From: a virus
Reading direction: 5' to 3' (one strand)
DNA length: 64,000 nucleotides
Virus record (IMG/VR): IMGVR_UViG_3300041955_001937
Location: 8,727-72,726 of that record
Shown here: positions 27,344 through 36,212 of the stretch, one piece after another
Position numbering within the stretch: position 1 is the first letter of the stretch
How the letters are laid out: the number at the start of each line of letters is the position of its first letter
Translations under genes and position numbers: made by a program
The notes under the pieces: generated by a model
Database searches by the model: none
Seen by the model: only the letters and a program-made list of their open reading frames with translations
Told to the model about the DNA's origin: nothing

Positions 27344-27539
27344 TTGGTTTTCCTTGAATGCGGGCGCGCGTCTTGCTCTGGGTCACGCTGAAGGGGGCGA
27401 AACCCTCAGTGCGCATTTTCTCGACTACATCAATCGTGGGTATGAACGAGTATCGGTCGCTCACCTTGTCATAAGGCTGAGTGGCGAAAATGCTCGGGGC
27501 GATGCTTCTCAATTGCTCGTTTGAAAGTGCGGTTCTCAT
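27306..27539 (-). pseudogene. Truncated DUF932/DUF945-family gene (N-terminal ~60 aa only)
   Basis: LSNEQLRSIAPSIFA...SDRYSFIPTIDVVEKMRTEGFAP; family proteins are normally much longer. Confidence 0.65.
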
Positions 27540-27540
27540 T

Positions 27541-27617
27541 TTGCTTTCCTCTTTCGCTGCTGTAACAGCGTTTCTGCTTACAGACTGAGATTAGCTAATC
27601 GCCGGTGGTTTGTCAAT
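27541..27617 (-). promoter_or_regulatory. Repeated promoter/operator/leader/RBS, copy 4
   Basis: TTGACA-17-TAATCT; degenerate operator; CGCTGTTACAGCAGCG; GAGGAAAG. Confidence 0.85.
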
Positions 27618-27795
27618 AACTATTTTCGATTTTCTTTTTCGGTCGCGCCGACTAACAGACTGTGCCGGTGTGACCCAGAGGCGCGTAGCGCGTTAGAACC
27701 CGCAGGGGAAACCCCTGCCAGTTGCACATTACGTGATTTTCGATCTGTGTTTTGTCCCTCGTAAGCCCTTTAGAATCGATCGGCGGGCCCGGCGG

Positions 27796-27823
27796 GTTGC
27801 ACAATTTCAGTATTTTGTCTAAC
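27796..27823. other. dif/res-like 11-6-11 recombination site
   Basis: GTTGCACAATT-TCAGTA-TTTTGTCTAAC just before recombinase ATG; related half-site at 27721. Confidence 0.5.
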
Positions 27824-27827
27824 TCCA

Positions 27828-28412
27828 ATGTCGGCACGTAAATACCTGACGGAACAAGAGTTAAAGCAGCTTTTTGGCGTCGTAAAAAGCCCCAGAGATC
27901 ACGCTATCTTCGTTTTGGCCTACTGGCGCGGTTTACGCGCGTCGGAAATCGGCCGCATTCCGTGGAGCGACTGGGATCAGAAGAAGCGGAAAATTTACGT
28001 GTTCCGGCTGAAGGGTTCCCTGGCGGGCGAGTTCCCGCTATCGCCTGCAGAGCACAAGGCACTGACGAGCTGGCGGGACGTGCGGGGCAATCAGCCCGGG
28101 CCGATGTTCACTTCGCGCGAATCGTCGACGTTCGAACGTGCGACGCATGGGAAGGCAACGGCCGGGATCGGCCGCGGAATGATTCACGTCCTGTTCAATC
28201 GGTACGCGACGAAGGCCGGCCTGCCCGAGCACCTGCGACACGTGCACAGTCTGAAGCATTCGTTGGGGACACACTTGGTCGCCAAAGGCACCAGCCTGTA
28301 TGACATCAAGGACTGGCTGGGACACAAGGACATCAGGAGCACGCTGGTATACGCCCAGATGCGAAACGCTGAACGGGATGCCGCGGCGCGCAAAGTTTAT
28401 GAGCAGGGCTGA
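27828..28412 (+). CDS. FimB/FimE/Xer-like small tyrosine recombinase (catalytic domain only)
   Basis: RKYLT, GLRASE, RLKGS, HSLKHS, WLGHKDIRSTLVY. Confidence 0.88.
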   Translation: MSARKYLTEQELKQLFGVVKSPRDHAIFVLAYWRGLRASEIGRIPWSDWDQKKRKIYVFRLKGSLAGEFPLSPAEHKALTSWRDVRGNQPGPMFTSRESSTFERATHGKATAGIGRGMIHVLFNRYATKAGLPEHLRHVHSLKHSLGTHLVAKGTSLYDIKDWLGHKDIRSTLVYAQMRNAERDAAARKVYEQG

Positions 28413-28521
28413 CAGCGAAGTGCAATGGCAACCGATCGCCATAAGCCGGGACGATGCCGAGTTCATTGCCTGGCGCCGGTTCAACCTTGATGAGATAGCC
28501 GCGATTTACCGCGTACCTGGA
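28399..28521 (+). pseudogene. Portal-protein-like fragment
   Basis: WQPIAISRDDAEFIAWRRFNLDEIAAIYRVP aligns by eye with portal YKDIGVKPSDSQLLDARKFSRIEICSIFGVP. Confidence 0.55.
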
Positions 28522-28550
28522 AACGGGATCGAGGAAGACGCCCGGGAAAC

Positions 28551-28871
28551 ATGCCGACTGGCGCTAAACGTCCCTGTTCTCGTCCCGGCTGCGGTCAGCT
28601 CGTCGAATCTGGATATTGCCCCGCACACGCGTCCGTCGACTTTCGTGCCAGCTCCACCGCGCGATTGTATGACGGGGCGTGGCGCCGATTCCGGCTGTGG
28701 TTCTTATCCACCCCGGCCCACCGTATCTGTGAGGACTGCGGACGTCGGCCAGCCAACGAAGTCCACCACGTCATCAAGCTGACTGCCCGGCCCGACCTGA
28801 GGCTGGTGGAATCGAACTGTAGGGGACTCTGCAAGAGGTGTCACAACGTGCGGACGGGCAGGGGCGAGTAA
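28551..28871 (+). CDS. Terminase-associated HNH endonuclease
   Basis: CSRPGC..YCPAH, CEDCG...EVHH...NCRGLCKRCHN. Confidence 0.9.
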   Translation: MPTGAKRPCSRPGCGQLVESGYCPAHASVDFRASSTARLYDGAWRRFRLWFLSTPAHRICEDCGRRPANEVHHVIKLTARPDLRLVESNCRGLCKRCHNVRTGRGE

Positions 28872-29054
28872 GACGCGCGGGTGAGAAGTCAGACGCGCGT
28901 CACACGTTGTAACATCGCCCGCCGAGCTGATAGGCGCCCGTTCGGCTGAAACGGTTCGACTCAGGCCCTCCCATCCTCGATGGAGGAAAAGCCCGCCAAC
29001 GTCATACAGGCGCGGGCTTGGCCCGCCAGGGGCCGGCCGAATGTTACACCACTG

Positions 29055-29150
29055 TGCTGAGGACGGGGGGGATGAAATCTCTGACCGTTTTGGGCCGGGC
29101 GACCGCTTGCAGGGCAAATTTTTACGTCAACAAAATGAAAAAGTGGAAAT
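29055..29150. other. Probable cos / packaging region
   Basis: GGGGGGGATGAAATCTCT...AATTTTTACG between HNH and terS, the usual place for cos in HK97-like phages. Confidence 0.5.
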
Positions 29151-29179
29151 GATGACGGCACTACCCCGAAAATGACCCA

Positions 29180-29659
29180 ATGGCACGTCCTCCGACGCCT
29201 TCCGCGCTCCTCGAAGCCCGTGGCGCCTACAAAATCAATCCGCAGCGTAGACGACTGGAGGAGCCGGAATTCGAAAACGTCGATGTCGATTGCCCCGAAT
29301 ATCTGAGCCCCCTGGCGAAAACCGAGTGGGCGCGCGTATATCCGCTCCTCAGACAAGCCGGCGTGATGACAGCGGCATTCATGGCCGCGCTGGCTGGGTA
29401 TTGCCACTATTACGCGCAGTGGTGCGAGGCGGTCGGAAACATCAAGGCGCTGCTCGTCAAATTCGAAAAGGACGGCGACCCCGTCAAATCCCCCTATATC
29501 GACATTGCCCGCGACGCCTCGAAGGAATACAGAGCCTGGGCGATCGAGCTGGGACTGACGGCGGTATCGAAGACAAGAGCTTCATCCACTGCCACGGGTA
29601 AAAAGCAAAACAGGTTCTCGAAGTTCGCCGAGGCCCCCGACAGCGACCGCCCCAACTGA
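29180..29659 (+). CDS. terS: Terminase small subunit (P27 family)
   Basis: RPPTPSAL, CPEYLS..AKTEW, ELGLTAVSKTR. Confidence 0.88.
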   Translation: MARPPTPSALLEARGAYKINPQRRRLEEPEFENVDVDCPEYLSPLAKTEWARVYPLLRQAGVMTAAFMAALAGYCHYYAQWCEAVGNIKALLVKFEKDGDPVKSPYIDIARDASKEYRAWAIELGLTAVSKTRASSTATGKKQNRFSKFAEAPDSDRPN

Positions 29660-29717
29660 CGCCGCGGCCTATGCGGACAGAGCGAATCAATATGCCCGCG
29701 ACGTTGCCGCCGGCGAC

Positions 29718-31367
29718 ATGCTTGCCTGCAAATGGGTCAAGCTGGCGTGTGCAAGACATCTCGCCGATCTCGATGCCGCCAGGCAGCCGTCGTACCGATT
29801 CCGTTTCGACCACGCGAAGGCGAATCGGGTCTGCGATTTCATCGAAGGCCTTCCCCACGTAAAGGGTCACTGGGCGGCGAAGCGGGAAGAAATCAGACTG
29901 GAGCACTGGCAGTGCTTCATCCTGTGCTCCATTTTCGGCTGGGTCTGGCGAGACAGCGGCCTTCGCCGGTTTCGCGAGGCCTACATATGCGTTCCCCGCA
30001 AAAACGCCAAGAGCACCACGGCCGGCGGCATCGGGATCTACATGTTCGCGGCGGACGGCGAGAGCGGGTCAGAAGTCTATTCGGGAGCCACCAGCAAAAA
30101 GCAGGCGTGGGAAGTGTTCAGGCCGGCCAAGCAAATGGTCGAGCGCACGCCCGATCTGAAAGAAGCCCTCGATATTTTCGTGGGTGCAGAGAACTTGGCG
30201 ATCCTCGCCGATGGTTCGCGCTTCGAACCTGTGATCGGCAAGCCGGGTGACGGAGCCAGTCCGCACTGCGGAATCGTCGACGAGTATCACGAGCACGATA
30301 CGGACTCGCTTGTCGACACGTTCCGGACGGGCATGGGCGCTCGTCTGCAGCCTCTCCTGCTGATCATCACCACGGCAGGGGACAACATCGGCGGACCCTG
30401 CAAGGCAGCGCAGGAGAACGTCGAGAAGGTACTGGCGGGAACGCTTGACCGCGACGAGCTGTTCGGCATCGTCTACACGATCGACGAGGGAGACGACTGG
30501 ACTTCCGAAGAAGCCCTCCGCAAAGCTAACCCCAATTTCGGCGTTTCGGTGTTCGGCGATTTTCTGCTGACACAGCAGCGAAACGCCGTGACCGATGCGC
30601 GCAAACAGGGCATTTTTCGGACCAAGCACCTGAATGTCTGGGTCGGATCCAATCTTGCATACATCAATATTCAGCGCTGGAACGAGTTGGCCGATACCAC
30701 CCTGCGCCCCGAGCATTTCATCGGCCTGCCGTGCACCATGGCGTCCGATTTCGCCAGCAAAAAAGACATCGCCGCCCGGGTCATGGTCTTCCGGAAGAGC
30801 ATCGCCGTCGACGCCACAGATAAGAGAAAGGGCGCCAAAGACCACTTCTACGTTTTCGGCCGCTACTACCTTCCCGAATCGCGTGCCAGACTGCCGGAAT
30901 TTCAGCACTACCAGGCGTGGGTGACCGGTGGCTTCCTGCGCACCACGCCGGGCAATGTAATCGACTACGACGTCATAACCAACGAGTCGATCGAAGACGT
31001 TCGGCGCTTCCGGGTGAAGGAAGTGTGTTTCGATCCGTGGAACGCCGAACAGTATGCCCAGACGGTCGCGGCCAAGACGCCGGCGATCGCGGTCGAGATT
31101 CCTCAACAGGTCCGGTTTCTCAGCGAGCCGATGAAGCAACTGGACGCGCTGGTGACAGACGGCAGACTTCACCATGACGGGAATCCGGCGCTTAGCTGGA
31201 TGATTGCAAACCTCACCGGACACGAGGATGCCAAGGAAAATATTTTCCCCCGCAAAGCGCGGGCCGAAAGCAAAATAGACGGCGCGGTCGCACTGATCAT
31301 GGCACTTTCCCGCGCGCTGGTCAGCGAGACCGGCAAATACACGGACCCTCGCGTTCTCAGTGTTTGA
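29718..31367 (+). CDS. terL: Terminase large subunit (true start probably upstream)
   Basis: VPRKNAKST, IVDEYHEH, ITTAG, KANPN, FDPWNA, KIDGAVALIMA. Confidence 0.95.
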   Translation: MLACKWVKLACARHLADLDAARQPSYRFRFDHAKANRVCDFIEGLPHVKGHWAAKREEIRLEHWQCFILCSIFGWVWRDSGLRRFREAYICVPRKNAKSTTAGGIGIYMFAADGESGSEVYSGATSKKQAWEVFRPAKQMVERTPDLKEALDIFVGAENLAILADGSRFEPVIGKPGDGASPHCGIVDEYHEHDTDSLVDTFRTGMGARLQPLLLIITTAGDNIGGPCKAAQENVEKVLAGTLDRDELFGIVYTIDEGDDWTSEEALRKANPNFGVSVFGDFLLTQQRNAVTDARKQGIFRTKHLNVWVGSNLAYINIQRWNELADTTLRPEHFIGLPCTMASDFASKKDIAARVMVFRKSIAVDATDKRKGAKDHFYVFGRYYLPESRARLPEFQHYQAWVTGGFLRTTPGNVIDYDVITNESIEDVRRFRVKEVCFDPWNAEQYAQTVAAKTPAIAVEIPQQVRFLSEPMKQLDALVTDGRLHHDGNPALSWMIANLTGHEDAKENIFPRKARAESKIDGAVALIMALSRALVSETGKYTDPRVLSV

Positions 31368-31370
31368 AAA

Positions 31371-31529
31371 ATGAAACGATCTAAAGCTCTCTACGACGCG
31401 CTCTCGGTAGCGGGCTGCGGCCTGTTCTCTTATGGCGCGTGGCTCGCCTGGCATCCCCTTGGATTCCTGACCGGTGGAGTACTCCTCGCCGGCGGCTCCT
31501 TTTTCCTCGGGTACGCCAAACCTAAATGA
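31371..31529 (+). CDS. Small hydrophobic protein between terL and portal
   Basis: 52 aa, GAWLAWHPLGFLTGG; ATGA overlap with portal. Confidence 0.65.
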   Translation: MKRSKALYDALSVAGCGLFSYGAWLAWHPLGFLTGGVLLAGGSFFLGYAKPK

Positions 31530-33130
31530 GCCTTATCGAAAGCATCAGCCGGGGGGCTTCCCAGTTCCACGCCGACATGACCGGTGCGCCCGCGCCCTGG
31601 GATGATTTCTGGTACGGGCCGCTGGGAGTCTCCAGTGCCGCCGGAATGCGCGTGAGCGCCGACAGCGCCAAGCGAATTGCGGCGGTACTGGCGTGCGTGA
31701 ACATCATCAGCCGGAACGTCGCCATGATGCCGGTGAAGATCTTCACCGAGACCTCGGACGGCGGGAAGAAGACCGTCCCCAATTATCCGCTCTATGAGGT
31801 TCTGGCCACCCAGCCCAATCAGCACCAGACCGCGTTCGAGTTTTATCAGCTCATGCAGGGACATTTCGAGCTGCGGGGCAACGCCTACGCCGAGATCATC
31901 CCCGGAAGCCGCGCGGCCGTTGAACAATTACTCCCGATGCATCCCGATCGCGTCACTGTCGACCGGCTCAGGTCGGGGCGAATTCTATACCGGTACAACG
32001 ATCCGCTCACAAATGAGACGCGCACGCTCGTGCAGGAAGAAGTGTTTCACCTGCGTAACTGGTCGGATGACGGTGTAGTCGGACAGTCCACCATAGCGAT
32101 GGCCGTCGATGTGTTCGGCACGGCGCTGGCCGAGCAGGATTACACCGCGAGATTTTTCAAGAACGATGCGCGCCCGGGCGGAATCATCGAAGGCACCAAC
32201 TTCCGGGACCAGGACGCGGAGGATCAGTTCCGGGAAAGCTGGCAACACTCTCAGACCGCGAAGAACCGGCACAAGACGGCCCTCCTGCCGATGGGGCTGA
32301 GTTACAAAGACATCGGCGTAAAGCCCTCAGACTCGCAACTACTGGACGCGCGCAAATTTTCGCGCATTGAAATCTGTTCGATCTTCGGCGTGCCACCGCA
32401 TCTGATCGGGGAGACGGAAAAGACGGCCACTTACGCCAGCGTCGAGCAGTTCAACATTATGTTCGCCGTGCAGTGTCTTTTGCCGCGCGTCGTGATGTGG
32501 GAGCAGGCCATTCAGCGGGATTTGATCCTGACGTCGGCATACTTCCCCAAGTTCTCGATGGCCGCGCTGCTGAGAGGCGACACCGCCAGCAGGTACGCCG
32601 CTTATCAGATCGCCATTCAGAACGGGTGGCTGTGCCAGGACGATGTGCGCGCCCTCGAAGATCTGAATCCGATCGCGGACGGCAGCGGCAGGACGTACTG
32701 GAGACCGCTCAATTGGGCGCCACTCGGGCAAATCCAAAGCGCCCCGGCGCCGCCCGCCGCGGACCCCGAGCCGGATGAAGTCACCGATACCGATCAGGGA
32801 ACGCCCGGAGGACCGAACGATGCGAGTCATCTGGGACGTTTGAACCTGCTTGCCAGATCGGCCGCCGATCGGTGCGTGCGCAAAGAAGTGGGCGCCCTTC
32901 GCAAGATGGTCGACCGCGCGGCGAGCGTCGGGGAGTTCGAGACGTTTTACGCCGGGCATACCGGCTTCATAGTCGGGGCGCTTCATCTCCCGGCCAGCCT
33001 TGCAATCCAGTACGGCGCTGCCAGGTGCGCGGCGCTTGCAACGGTGGAAACCCGCGCTTCCGTTATCGACCAGATCGAACGTGCCGGCGCAATCGAACTT
33101 GCAGCTCTCGCAGTTAAAGGAATCCAATGA
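31526..33130 (+). CDS. Portal protein, HK97 family
   Basis: AVLACVNIIS, LRGNAY, FFKNDARPGG, FGVPPHLIG, LLRGD. Confidence 0.95.
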   Translation: MSLIESISRGASQFHADMTGAPAPWDDFWYGPLGVSSAAGMRVSADSAKRIAAVLACVNIISRNVAMMPVKIFTETSDGGKKTVPNYPLYEVLATQPNQHQTAFEFYQLMQGHFELRGNAYAEIIPGSRAAVEQLLPMHPDRVTVDRLRSGRILYRYNDPLTNETRTLVQEEVFHLRNWSDDGVVGQSTIAMAVDVFGTALAEQDYTARFFKNDARPGGIIEGTNFRDQDAEDQFRESWQHSQTAKNRHKTALLPMGLSYKDIGVKPSDSQLLDARKFSRIEICSIFGVPPHLIGETEKTATYASVEQFNIMFAVQCLLPRVVMWEQAIQRDLILTSAYFPKFSMAALLRGDTASRYAAYQIAIQNGWLCQDDVRALEDLNPIADGSGRTYWRPLNWAPLGQIQSAPAPPAADPEPDEVTDTDQGTPGGPNDASHLGRLNLLARSAADRCVRKEVGALRKMVDRAASVGEFETFYAGHTGFIVGALHLPASLAIQYGAARCAALATVETRASVIDQIERAGAIELAALAVKGIQ

Positions 33131-34248
33131 AACCCTACAGTCGTATTCTGCGCGCCGCGCATTCGATGATCTGGGCTATCCAACCGGAGAAGCTCGAAGC
33201 CATCATGGCGTTTCTTGAGATGAAGGCTGCGGGCGGCTCGGCCGACGATTCCGTGATCCAGGGAATTCAGACACGCAACGCCGAGGCCGCCGCGCGCGCA
33301 GCCGCGATGAGCAGCGCTGGATCCGGTTCGGTCGCCGTTCTCCCGCTCTTCGGAATCATCAGCCATCGATCGAGCATGATCGGCGACATGTCCGGGCCCG
33401 GCGGAACTTCCACCGAACGGTTTACCCAGCAGTTTCGCCAGGCGGTCTCCGATCCGAACGTCAAGGCAATCGTGATCGATATCGATTCCCCCGGCGGGAC
33501 AGTCGACGGCGTAGCTGAATTGGCGGACGAGATCTTCAAGGCCCGCGCAAAGAAGCCCATCACGGCGATCTCAGATTGCACCATGGCATCCGCAGCTTAC
33601 TGGATCGGCGTCTCGGCAACGGAATTAGTTTGCAGCCCGTCCGCGATGGCGGGATCGATCGGCGTTTTCACCTCGTACAAGGACATATCGAAGGCCATGG
33701 AAAGCGACGGGATCGCCGTCTCGCTTGTTTCGGCCGGAAAGTACAAAGTAGAAGCCACCGGACTCGGCCCACTAACAGATGATGCGCGCGCGGCCATGCA
33801 GGCGATGGTCGACGGCTATTACAGCATGTTCGTCAAGTCCGTGGCGCGCGGACGCGGAGTCAACGTTTCGGACGTAACGGGCGGATTCGGCCAGGGCAGG
33901 ATGGTTTCCGCACAACAGGCGGTCACCCTTGGCATGGCGGATCGCGTTGCCACCCTCGACCAGGTTCTCTCAAAGCTCGGCGTCTCGCGCGGGAGCGGAA
34001 CGTCTGCCATGAGCGCGGGTCCGATGGCTGCAGCACCTAAGGCGGACGACGGGTGTACCTGTCCCTGCGATCCCTGCGAAGACGGAAATGGAAACTGCGC
34101 CGAATGCGATTGTCCGGATTGCGCCTGCGCCGGATGCACCTGCAACTCGGCCGAAAACAGCGCGAAAGCAAAACGCGCATCCGAATCTCTGAGGCTGGAA
34201 GCATCACGCGCAAGCCTGCGTGATCGCATTCACCTCGCAAGTCTTTAA
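33127..34248 (+). CDS. S49 (SppA-like) prohead protease with Cys-rich tail
   Basis: DIDSPGG, ASAAYWI, GSIGV, AGKYK. Confidence 0.92.
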   Translation: MKPYSRILRAAHSMIWAIQPEKLEAIMAFLEMKAAGGSADDSVIQGIQTRNAEAAARAAAMSSAGSGSVAVLPLFGIISHRSSMIGDMSGPGGTSTERFTQQFRQAVSDPNVKAIVIDIDSPGGTVDGVAELADEIFKARAKKPITAISDCTMASAAYWIGVSATELVCSPSAMAGSIGVFTSYKDISKAMESDGIAVSLVSAGKYKVEATGLGPLTDDARAAMQAMVDGYYSMFVKSVARGRGVNVSDVTGGFGQGRMVSAQQAVTLGMADRVATLDQVLSKLGVSRGSGTSAMSAGPMAAAPKADDGCTCPCDPCEDGNGNCAECDCPDCACAGCTCNSAENSAKAKRASESLRLEASRASLRDRIHLASL

Positions 34249-34342
34249 CCCGCCAACGCGGATGTAACAAAGCGCTTCAGTCGCCCTCCATTGAGAGTCT
34301 GCCCGCGGCGCCGCACCTTCAAAACCCAAAAGGAAAAATCAC

Positions 34343-35623
34343 ATGAACATCAAACTTCTGCGGCAGCAGAAAGTGGACGCATTGGCGAAAGCCAAGGGCC
34401 TCTCCGCACTTGCCGACAAAGAGACTCGCAGCCTGACCGATCCCGAACGCGTTGAGTTCGATGCCGCCATGACGTCGGTCGAAACGCTGAACGCCGATAT
34501 CAGCCGCGCCGAGAAGCTGCTCGACGAAGAGCGCCTCGCCGTCGCGGTTTCCAGCCATTCCCCGGCGCACACCGAAAACAACGAAGAGAAAAAGCCCTGG
34601 GCGAGCCTCGGCGAACAACTGAAGGCCGTCTACGACGTTGCCCGGACCCACGGTCGCACAACCGATCCGCGCCTTCAGGCAGCGCTCGGCGCCAACGAGT
34701 CCGTTGACGCGGAAGGCGGCTTCCTCGTCAATCCGGAATTCGGCAAAGACATCCTGCAACGCACTTATGATGTCGGAGAGGTGGCCAAGCTTACGTTCGG
34801 CATGCCGATGGCATCGAACCGCCTGATCCTGCCTGCCGTCGACGAGGACAGCCGCGCGAATGGATCGAGGTGGGGCGGCATCCAGGCATTCTGGGACTAT
34901 GAAGCCGGAGCCTACACTGCTTCCAAACCGAAGTTCAAGCAGCTTCAACTGACCGCCAACAAGCTCACCGGTCTTTGCTATGCGACCGAGGAACTGCTCG
35001 AAGACCAGGACGCGCTCCAGACCTATATCGGCAACACGTTTCCTCTCGAATTCGCGTTCAAAATTGACGACGCTATCGTCAACGGTCCCGGCGCGGGCGC
35101 TCCGCTCGGCATTCTGACTTCGGCGGCCGCAGTCGTTGTGCCCAAGGATGCGGGGCAGGCCACGCTGACAGTGTCGACCACCAACATCCTGAACATGTTC
35201 GCCAGGCTGTGGGCTCCGAGCATGAAGAATGCCGTCTGGTTCATCAATCAGAACGTCATTCCTCAGCTCTTCCCCCTGACCCTCGGCAGCGGCACCGCCG
35301 TGCAGTTGCTCTATTTCCCTCCGGGGATGAATGGCAACCCGGGGCCGTTCGGCAAGATGCTGGGCCGCGACGTGATTCCTATCGAGCAGTGCGCCAGCCT
35401 GACAAGCCAAGGGGACATTATCCTTTGCGACGCCGGCCAGTACATTCTCGGACAGAAGGGCGGCATGCGCGCCGATTCTTCGATGCACGTCGCGTTCCTG
35501 ACCGGCGAGATGGCGTTCCGATTCCAGCTCAGGCTTGACGGACAGCCCACGTGGAAAAAGCCGCTGACTCCCTATCAGGGATCGAGCACGCTTTCTCCGT
35601 TCGTTACTCTCGCGGCGCGGTAA
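34343..35623 (+). CDS. Major capsid protein, HK97 fold
   Basis: N-terminal coiled-coil delta domain, EGGFLVNP, TEELLED, GAPLGIL. Confidence 0.95.
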   Translation: MNIKLLRQQKVDALAKAKGLSALADKETRSLTDPERVEFDAAMTSVETLNADISRAEKLLDEERLAVAVSSHSPAHTENNEEKKPWASLGEQLKAVYDVARTHGRTTDPRLQAALGANESVDAEGGFLVNPEFGKDILQRTYDVGEVAKLTFGMPMASNRLILPAVDEDSRANGSRWGGIQAFWDYEAGAYTASKPKFKQLQLTANKLTGLCYATEELLEDQDALQTYIGNTFPLEFAFKIDDAIVNGPGAGAPLGILTSAAAVVVPKDAGQATLTVSTTNILNMFARLWAPSMKNAVWFINQNVIPQLFPLTLGSGTAVQLLYFPPGMNGNPGPFGKMLGRDVIPIEQCASLTSQGDIILCDAGQYILGQKGGMRADSSMHVAFLTGEMAFRFQLRLDGQPTWKKPLTPYQGSSTLSPFVTLAAR

Positions 35624-35629
35624 TTCTCC

Positions 35630-35657
35630 GGCGGCGGGGCGACTCGCCGCCTTCCTT
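35630..35657 (+). terminator. GNRA hairpin after capsid gene
   Basis: GGCGGCGGG-GCGA-CTCGCCGCC then TTCCTT. Confidence 0.5.
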
Positions 35658-35683
35658 CGACGTTTCGAACAAAAGGAAATCAT

Positions 35684-36157
35684 ATGAGCAAAGGATTCTA
35701 TTCGGCCCAGGATGGGCACATTGTGAACCTGATACCCGCGGTGAATATCACCGGCGGCGTAACCGGCGCAGTGTTTTCGATGGCGGACTACGCGCACGCC
35801 AGCATTATCGTGCAGATTGGCGTGAGCGCAGCGGCTCCGACCGCCATCATTGTCAACGCCTGCACAAATGCCGCCGCAGCCGGCGCGACGGCCATTCCGT
35901 TCAACCTGTTTGCGTGCGAGACCGGCGCCGGCGACGTTCTCGGCGCCAGAGTCTCAGTGCTGGCCGCGGGATACGTCCCGTCCGCCGTCGACAACATCTT
36001 CTATGTGATCGAGCTGAGCGCAGCGATGCTTCCGCAAGGGAGCCCCTATGTGCAGCTCTCGATCACCAACGGCGCCAACTCGGTTATCGCAAGCGCGGTG
36101 GCTGTTCTCAGTGGCGCTCGTTATGCGAGCGATCAAAGCGCAACGGTACTGCTGTAG
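35684..36157 (+). CDS. Probable head decoration / structural protein
   Basis: Position after MCP, beta-rich. Confidence 0.6.
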   Translation: MSKGFYSAQDGHIVNLIPAVNITGGVTGAVFSMADYAHASIIVQIGVSAAAPTAIIVNACTNAAAAGATAIPFNLFACETGAGDVLGARVSVLAAGYVPSAVDNIFYVIELSAAMLPQGSPYVQLSITNGANSVIASAVAVLSGARYASDQSATVLL

Positions 36158-36212
36158 GCCAAGACCCCATGAGGCGCTCGCTTACCGGCGGGCGCCCTCC
36201 CGGTCCAAAACC

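Noticed and set aside
23555..27617. Repeats as a CRISPR array or integron attC sites
   Set aside because: Units are 0.5-1.8 kb apart and consist of -35/-10/RBS elements; no cas genes and no attC core-site structure recognised
21650..27828. Invertible segment flipped by the FimB-like recombinase
   Set aside because: No convincing inverted-repeat partner found by eye at the left boundary; left as untested
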